A stretch of 64,000 bases of DNA from the NCBI RefSeq assembly GCF_009914755.1, contig NC_060931.1; one strand, 5' to 3'. How positions within the stretch are numbered: the stretch's first letter is position 1; every line of letters begins with the position of its first letter. Source of the DNA: the human T2T-CHM13v2.0 reference genome, Homo sapiens. The position numbers were made by a program, and so were the translations under genes. Below are positions 50,408 to 64,000 of this stretch, one piece after another. The notes beneath the pieces are model-generated. The model was not told where the DNA came from. It was given only the letters and a program-made list of their open reading frames with translations, and made no database searches.

Positions 50408-50600
50408 CCAGCAAATGTTTAACTGGGGGAGGGGCCCTGATTTGTGGTGTTTTCCACGGTATTCAGTATATGGTGTGAATACAGGGACATATACACAGTG
50501 AACTATGTCACTATTAGCAAGCTACCATTGTGAAATCACTGGATGAGGAGCTGGGAAGAGGTGTGCTCAGTTGGTTCTCATAGTCGATCAAGCCATCACC
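50408..50600 (+). mobile_element. MER63-like hAT element
   Basis: aaatgtttaac...gccctgatttgt...caagctacc...gagctgggaagag. Confidence 0.65.
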
Positions 50601-50739
50601 TACACACGGTTGTGTGTCCTCAGAGTTTTGTCCCCATGTTGGATTGCATTCTTAGAATAAATTCTTAGATTTAGAATGACTGGAACAATAGATCCAAATA
50701 CTTTGTGGGATCCTGTACTGGTCAGACCCTGTAGGATCC

Positions 50740-51415
<676 letters not shown>

Positions 51416-52667
51416 AAGATCCTTGTATGTACTGAACAGGTTCTCATTTGTAAAGTCCTAGGATAGTCCCATAAAGTAGGTAGAGCTCTAAACCTGGAAA
51501 TTTCATTGTTCCTTCCTCTGAGAAACATAGTTCACTGTGTATATGTCCCTGTATTCACACCGTATTATTATTAATTCCCCAACAAGAGTGAAAGCCCTCA
51601 ACAGAAAAGACTCTGTCTTAGATTTATACCACAGTGCCTGGCACAGACGTGTCTAGCACAGAAAATGGTTTTAATAGCATGAATGGACAAATGAAGAAAC
51701 TTAAATTTGAATCCCAACTCTGCCTCCAACTCAAGGCATGACCTTTGACAAATCAGTCTTCTTCTCTAAATCTGAATTTCCTCATCCATTTTCCCCCAAC
51801 TGTGTCCCACTGAGATGTTCTATGCAAAAAAAAGAAAAAAGAAAATGGGAGTCTGTGGTCAGACGGAAAATACTGCAGGCTAGATTTGGCTGTTAAGAGT
51901 TACCATGCACATTTCTAGAACAAAGTATTTAAGAAGTCCAGCAGTGAGGAAACCAGTTTAATTTCGTTTAACCATCAGCTCCCAAATGTGTTTGCCATGG
52001 AAAGTTTTCTTTTCTCCTGGAGCTGGTGTTCCTCAGAGTTCACATTGGAAAACACTGGACTAGAAGGTGTTTAAGGCTCTTCCCTGCTCTGACATTTATG
52101 ATTTTGTCACAGAATGGCCCCGACTGGACTTTGAAACTACTCAAGCCAGATGATGGAAATGAAGCCATGAATGGCAAAACAGTGACACTGTGACACACCG
52201 TTAGATGGTATTTGTATCTGCAGGGCCACAATACAGAAGGTTCCCTTCCTTATCCCCGACATAGTTCCTGCTGAATGAGCTCCCACTGTCACATGTACCC
52301 CACAAGCTAAAGTCACCCAGGTGACCTGTGCTCTTCACTGTGACTCTGAGAACACATCTTCACTTTGCCTAAGTGGCAAAACATCTTGAGTAAAATGTGT
52401 TTTCCATCCAAGCTCCTGGCATACATAGGCTGCCCGTATACTTTTCACACTTTGTTAAAGGTCATGGTCATAACCTTCTTTGCACTGTTATCTAAAATAG
52501 TGGTCTCAAAAGTGTTTTGATTGTACAACTGAACAAGTAAAAATATTTTGATATGTACTTCCAATGTATTTTATGTATGTATGTATGTGTGTATTTATAA
52601 GTAACAGACATATTCTATTTTCCTAGTATAGTATGACTTTTATAAAGTTTATAAAAATAGAAATGTA

Positions 52668-53103
<436 letters not shown>

Positions 53104-53603
53104 TCAAGCCTTAGCTAATTTTCACATAGTTTACCAGCCTAAAAGAAGCAGAAGTAGAGGCTACATCCAGGCTCCTGAGCTGAGCAAACAAGCTTCCTTC
53201 CCACCTTGAAGGGGGCAACTCGCCTACGTCAGAGAGTCTGCAGTCTTTCAGCAGAGTGTAGGAGAATATGGGCTTCAGTTTGAACTGGACCTGAGTTCAA
53301 ATCCTGGCTTGTATCAACTTGGTAGCATGTGACTTTGAGCATATAGATTATACTATTAAGTAATAATATTATCTTCCATTTATCAAGGACTTACTAAGTA
53401 TCAAGAAGTCTGCTAAACACTTTTATATACATGATCTATTTATCCTCATATCTGTTATAAATGTAGATATTGTTTTCCCTATTTAATAAAGCAGGAAACC
53501 AAAGCACTAAAAAAATATGTAATTTGCCTAAAGTGAAACCCAGATCTGTCTGGCTCCAAATTCCTGGCTCTAACAACCACATTCTACTGGCTCCATACTC
53601 ACT

Positions 53604-54118
53604 TGTATTAATCTGCGTTCCTCAGAGAAACAGAACCAATAGGATACACATAATCACTAGATAAAAAGAGATTTATTATGAGGCACTAGCTCTTACATTA
53701 TGGAGACTGAGAAGATCCATAAGCTGCCTCTGCAAACTGGAGGCCCAAGAAAGCCAGTGGGGTAGTTTTAGCCCAAGCCCGGAAGCCTAAGAACCAGGAC
53801 AGCTGATAGCATAAGTCCCAGTCTGAGTCTGAAGGCCCAAGAACCAGGAGCCCTGATTTTCAAGGGCAAGCAGAGACGGATGTCCCAGTAGAGAGAGGAA
53901 GTTAGTCCTTCTTCCACCATTTTGTTCTATCCAGACCCTCAACAGACTGGACGATGCCCACCCACATTGGTGAGGGTGATCTTCTTTACTCAGTCTACTG
54001 ATTCAAATGCCAATCTCTTTCAGAAACATGCTTACAGGCACACCCAGAAATAATGTTTTACCAGCCATTTGGGCATCCCTTAGTGCAGTCAAGTTAACAC
54101 ATAAAATTCACCATCACA
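53604..54118 (-). mobile_element. MLT2B-like ERVL solo LTR
   Basis: tgtatta...agagaaacagaaccaatagga...aaattcaccatcaca; TSD ctcac. Confidence 0.85.
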
Positions 54119-55712
54119 CTCACCCTCTCCAAGCCTCTTTTATCTCTGAAATAGAAATAGTATTTATATAATGTTAGCATATCATCTGGGTTCAATAAAT
54201 GGTAGCAGTTATTATCAAAACCCCCTCCAAGATGAGTGCCTAAAAAGATGCTGAAGGTGAATTGTCAGGATAAGAGTTAAAGAAAGTTCATTATGTTGGG
54301 CCCTGTCTGACCAAAGAAAGTGCTATGAGAAGGTGCCCCAACAAGGAGCCCCAACAAGGGCAAGAATGTGTTAGTGTGTGCCCTGCCTGTCCTATTCCTG
54401 CAACATTCAGGGCAGGAGACTCAGGACTGCGGGGTGCGCCCACCCAAAATAGAGGTGAGAGCCTGGGACCATCCCAGGTTAATGAGTCCCAGCTTTTAAA
54501 TCATCAGCTGCTTCTAGCCTGACTCCATGATCATCTCACGAATTTCTAAAAGCATTTCAGTTCTCCATGGAGGACAGAATTTGCTGACCATTAATGTTCT
54601 CTAACAGGGCACTAAATTAATAAATAGACATTTTTTAAAATCCAAGATGTGAGGAAAGATCACTAGCCAGGAGACCTGGATTCAATGCTTCCTGAACAGC
54701 TGTGTGACTTTAAGGCATCATTTATTTCCCCCTCTCTCCACTGTAGATTTCCACTTCCCCAAATTTCTAACATCCCTTTGTCCTTTTCTGAGTCCTAAGA
54801 CTGTGGCACTTAAATCCTCTGCTTCACCACTTTTTCATATGATATAATCCACATTGGATCCTGGGCAGTGAGAGCGGGCAGGGTGTATGTTAAGGCTTGA
54901 AGACACAAGGAAGAAGCCATGTCATCAATGTAAACTAGCACTAAAATCACTCATCACTTTAATCTTTCAAGGAGACCTGCGGTGTGGAAGCATAAAGGTT
55001 GTGACGATCACATGCGTCTCCTCTCTAAATTTGTAGAATTATTGGCTGAGTTCACCCTTCTCCAATCATCCTAAAACTACTCTATGATTCAATTTGATTC
55101 AATTCAATTAGCACGTCTTATACCCCCACGCTTTGGCACGGAGCTCCCTCAATCGTCCTAAATTGAATTGGCTTTGTTTTATATTAACAGATTCAGTGAT
55201 GCATGCAGTAACATTCTTATTTAGTACCTGCAGCATTGGGAACTGAGGGGTTGGTGGGGAGGAGTGACAAAATATAGAAGATATCTTTTTTCCAGTTCTT
55301 CTTTTTTCTTTTTTATTTCAAGGACAGTGAGGTTAAGGACACATGAAATCACAATAATAATAATTCAAAAATAACCCATGTTACCACCCTCAACACAAGA
55401 ATCTGCACTGTTGCATCACATCCTCCATCTACATACACATGTACATATTAGCCCAACGACTAACTGCCTGGGCTTCGAAGTGAACTGCTGGGTCTGACTC
55501 CTGGCCCCTCAGTCAAGGAGTGGACCTGAGACCTTGGGCATGTTCCTTAAGCTCTCTGTGCTTCCCTTTTCTCGTGGCTGCAATGGGAATTGCCATGGTG
55601 GTGCCTATTCCATAGGGTTGCTATGAGGACTCAAGGAGGAGATACATATAAAGCATTTAGAAAGTGACTGCCACAGAGCAAGCCATAAATGAATGGAAGC
55701 TGTTCATTGTGA

Positions 55713-56044
<332 letters not shown>

Positions 56045-56145
56045 TAGTTATTTTTCAGTAGCTGTTATTTATGTATTCAGTGACAGAGGCAATGCTCCAT
56101 AATCTTCGTGCCCATGTCTCTATGTGCGTGTGGGGTGGGGGTACA

Positions 56146-56610
56146 CCTTGGAGCTATTTGGTTTTCCTTGACTGAGACAGGAAAACAAGGAGGAACAGCC
56201 TCCAATTGAAACACTGCATGGGAGATAAATTAGATGGGAAGAAGAAGCATGAACTGGCGTTGCACAGGCCTCCTTGTCATGTTTGCCTTTCCTCATGGGA
56301 TCCTACTACATACATTTCTAGGTATCTTGCTTTTCTCACTTAAAATATCTCAGCTGAGGGTGGCTTGATTCCTTACAGGTTTATAATTTTAGATGGAGTG
56401 TTTATTTCATCAAAGCTTTATCTGTGGAATGTGTGGAGCCTGGGTTGAGGATCCAGCCCTCCAGCAAGTGTTTCCATTTCCTTTGCCTGGATCCCAGGGT
56501 AACATACCTCTTCTGTTGTACAGTATCATTCTGTTGTACAGGTAGTGGGAACCTCAAACCCAAACAACAGCAGACCTGCAGGGATGAAGTCTTCAAAGAG
56601 ATTTGTATTT
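56146..56610 (+). repeat. Local direct duplication, copy 1 (shorter)
   Basis: Aligns in three blocks to 58074-58106, 58771-58879 and 59036-59359. Confidence 0.92.
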
Positions 56611-56640
56611 CCTCCACCCAAACCCAGGATTAAAAGATAA

Positions 56641-56954
<314 letters not shown>

Positions 56955-58073
56955 AACTTGTTATTTTTTCTTATTGCTGGTGAGCAGAACTTCTTTTAGC
57001 GTGCTCCTACATGAGGGTCCTAGATTTATGCAGGGGTTTCACCTGCAACTTCCCAGTTAACTTGAGGCTGAGGCCTTGTGTCCTGTCCTCCAGAGTGGTT
57101 AAAACCTGGGTTACTGAGATCAGCAGTGTCCCCTCACCCCTGCCTACTACTTTGGCCCCCAAGAGAGGTTCCCTTAACTTCCTGCAAGCTCAGCTCTGCA
57201 TTTAGAAAGATGTTTGCTGTGCTTTATCAATTATTCTAGGAATGTGTAAGAAGAGTTTTCGCAGGATATGTATTCCACTATAAAGGTTGGATGGAACTCA
57301 AAAGCCTATTAGTGTAGCTGTGTATCCATTAGATGAACACCCATCCCTCAAGCATTAGAGCAATAAGTGATTGTGCCGTGTAGCTCAGCATACTTTTCAA
57401 AGAACCTTTCATGTCCATTACAGTCCTTGGTAAACTCAACAGCCCCCTGAGGTAGACGTTACAAGTTATTAGTATCTTCATGTTACAGAAAAGGAACAGA
57501 TTCCCAGAGAAGGTACGTGCCTTACCCCACAGAGGCCTAAAAGCACACTAGAGGCAAAAACAGGACTAGCACGTCGGTTTCATCTACCTCTTTCCCCTGC
57601 ACCATCAGGCTCCTTCTGGGAATTCTCCACCACACTTCTTAAGCTCTACAATGAGCCCAACCCTGTGCCAGGCACTGTAATTTAAAAAAGAAGAAAAGAA
57701 AGTCCCTCCTCAGGGCTCCAGGTTGGTGGGGAGAATAAGTAAAATCTTCCAATACAATTCACTCAGGTACAATCCACAGAGAGAACAATTAAGAGGACAC
57801 TGAATTTTCCCAGATGCCACTGATGACTTCTATTTCTAGTATACAAGGGAGGGAAAAAATGCTACTGAAAGCTGGCTACAGAATTCCTCTTGTTCAGCAA
57901 AATATATTGATGTTTACACCAAAACACCTCCATAATGCAAAAAAAAAAAAAAAATTGGAATCCAGAAAAATCCAATTGTATAAAATGCTGAGCAAGGTTA
58001 ATGAAAAGCAATATTTTTCAGAAGGGTTTCCAATTATTGTGTAATGCATATGGTTTTGGGACTGTGGGCTGCT

Positions 58074-59359
<1,286 letters not shown>

Positions 59360-59911
59360 GTGCCACTGTTTCTGGGGTTCACTGTTTTTAATTGTAAAAA
59401 GATAAAGATAAGCTCCAGAATATTATCTGGAGGAGAAGGAGTAAGAATAAATCTCAGAACTAGAGAAGTATCTTTAATAAGTAAGAAGAATGTTCAGGGT
59501 TAAGAAAGATGATACTGGGCAGGAAAGAGAAAAGAGCAAAGCAACAAGAGGTACGCCAAGAGGCTACATTATAAAAAGAACAGAGGATGTAGTATACAGC
59601 TTTAAGTTGCCTGCTGTACTGTGACCTACCTGCTCCATCCCTAAAGCTTCCATTAACTGCTACACTCACAATCTTGAGTCAGTGGTATTTAGGGGAATGA
59701 TGGAATCAGGACAGCATCCAATGAGGCTGCAGTGGAGTGAGTGCAGGCAACCACACACAGAGGGAAGAGATAAATAACAGCAGAATCTAGAAATCAGGAA
59801 CTTGGGATGCCTGGGAGGAATGTGCACAGCCCACTCCCTGGTAAATATCTGGTGGTGGAGCTTATCTGCATCCTGCTTAAACATTAAACAAAATTAAAAG
59901 GGGCATTAAAG

Positions 59912-61570
<1,659 letters not shown>

Positions 61571-61590
61571 AGTTTTTTAAAAACCAACCA

Positions 61591-61827
61591 GGGTGGGCGT
61601 GGTGACACACACCTGTAGTCCTAGCTACTCAAGAGGCTGAGGTGGGAGCATCGCTTGAGCCCAGGAGGCAGAGTGCAGTGAGCTATGATCATGCTACTGC
61701 ACTCCAGCCTGGGCCACAGAGTGAGACCCGCATCTCTGAATTTAAAAGAAGAGGAAAAGGAGGGTGAGGGCGGGTAGGAAGAGAAGGAGGAGGGGGTGGA
61801 GGGGGAGGAGGAGGAAGAAAAAGAAGA

Positions 61828-61858
<31 letters not shown>

Positions 61859-61870
61859 GAAGAGGAAGGA
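61591..61870 (+). mobile_element. Alu right monomer followed by a (GAG)-rich purine tract
   Basis: Monomer 61591-61748, then gaggaggag repeats. Confidence 0.8.
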
Positions 61871-61939
61871 AACGATGGCAATGAGCTGAACTAGCTTCAA
61901 CAGTTAAAACAGAGCGGTACTGGCATGGAACAGACAGGT

Positions 61940-62395
61940 GGTCTGTGCTGCTTTTTCTCCACTTGGCCATTATCTACCCATCATTTTCTTCTCTTTTCTG
62001 CCTTGCCCTGTGTCCTCACCTCCTTTGCCCTCTGGATTCCTATGGGTTCAGCCAATGGGAGGCACTGGTAGGAGATCAGAAGCTGAGAGAAGAGAGAGCT
62101 GAGAGCATTTCTTCCCTGCTCCTCCGCTTCCCGGACAGTGGCTGTGCTCCCTCCATAGCACTGCCTCTGCTGGGCACCTCCTTCTCCAGGTTCCAGCTCT
62201 CACAGGCCCTTGATAACTCTATTCCACCCCCTTGCTCCTTCAGGCCCACAAGTGTGATGGCTGTCCACCTTTGCTAGTCTCTGGGTGCTTCAACATCCCT
62301 TGTAGGTTCCCTTAACCCTGACTACACCTTCATTAAACTCTTTATTTGAACTATTTGAGCAAAATTCTGTTTCCTACCAGGAACCTAACCTGACT
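61940..62395 (+). mobile_element. LTR33-like ERVL LTR
   Basis: gggttcagccaatgggaggcactggtaggagatcag...ttcccttaaccctg. Confidence 0.7.
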
Positions 62396-62659
62396 GATTC
62401 ATAGACTAATGGAACAGAATAGACAATCCAGAAATATGCCCGAGTGTATACAGGAAGTTGCTATATAATAAATTTAGCATCCCAAATCAATGGAGCAAAA
62501 ATAGACATTTTAATAAATACTGTTGAGACAAATGAATAGCCATCTGGAAAAATTTAGACTTTTAACTCACATGGTTCACCAGGATAGACTCCAAACCAAA
62601 TTAAATGAAAATCAAATCAAATTATAAAAAGATTAGAAGTGGATGAGCAAACCGTAGTA

Positions 62660-64000
<1,341 letters not shown>

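Noticed and set aside
56146-56610. Copy 1 as a processed (spliced) retrocopy of copy 2
   Set aside because: Missing segments lack GT-AG ends on either strand; no poly(A) or TSD

Overview
Human (hominid) genomic DNA, dominated by repeats. I cannot identify any protein-coding exon, RNA gene or CpG-island promoter, and I cannot name the locus from sequence alone. The only long ORF (2277-4730, minus) is the C-terminal part of LINE-1 ORF2p in a 5'-truncated L1HS Ta-1 insertion. A second very young retrotransposon, a 5'-truncated SVA (SVA_E-like), lies about 33 kb downstream. The rest is about 30 Alus, several old L1s, L2/MIR, solo LTRs (MER31, LTR8A-like, MLT1G, MST, MLT1, MLT2, LTR33) and DNA-transposon fossils, often nested. 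Subfamily names come from recalled consensus motifs, not a RepeatMasker run. I see no evidence of a new gene system. The most notable signals are mutational footprints: an (AT)n microsatellite expanded inside one L1HS TSD copy, an Alu-Alu chimera replacing about 1.6 kb of L1 ORF2, a perfect 37-bp inverted copy about 1 kb away, a mosaic local duplication (56.1-56.6 kb vs 58.1-59.4 kb) with microhomology junctions and a 96%-identical exon-like core, and an Alu-in-Alu insertion with a homology-driven 5' junction.
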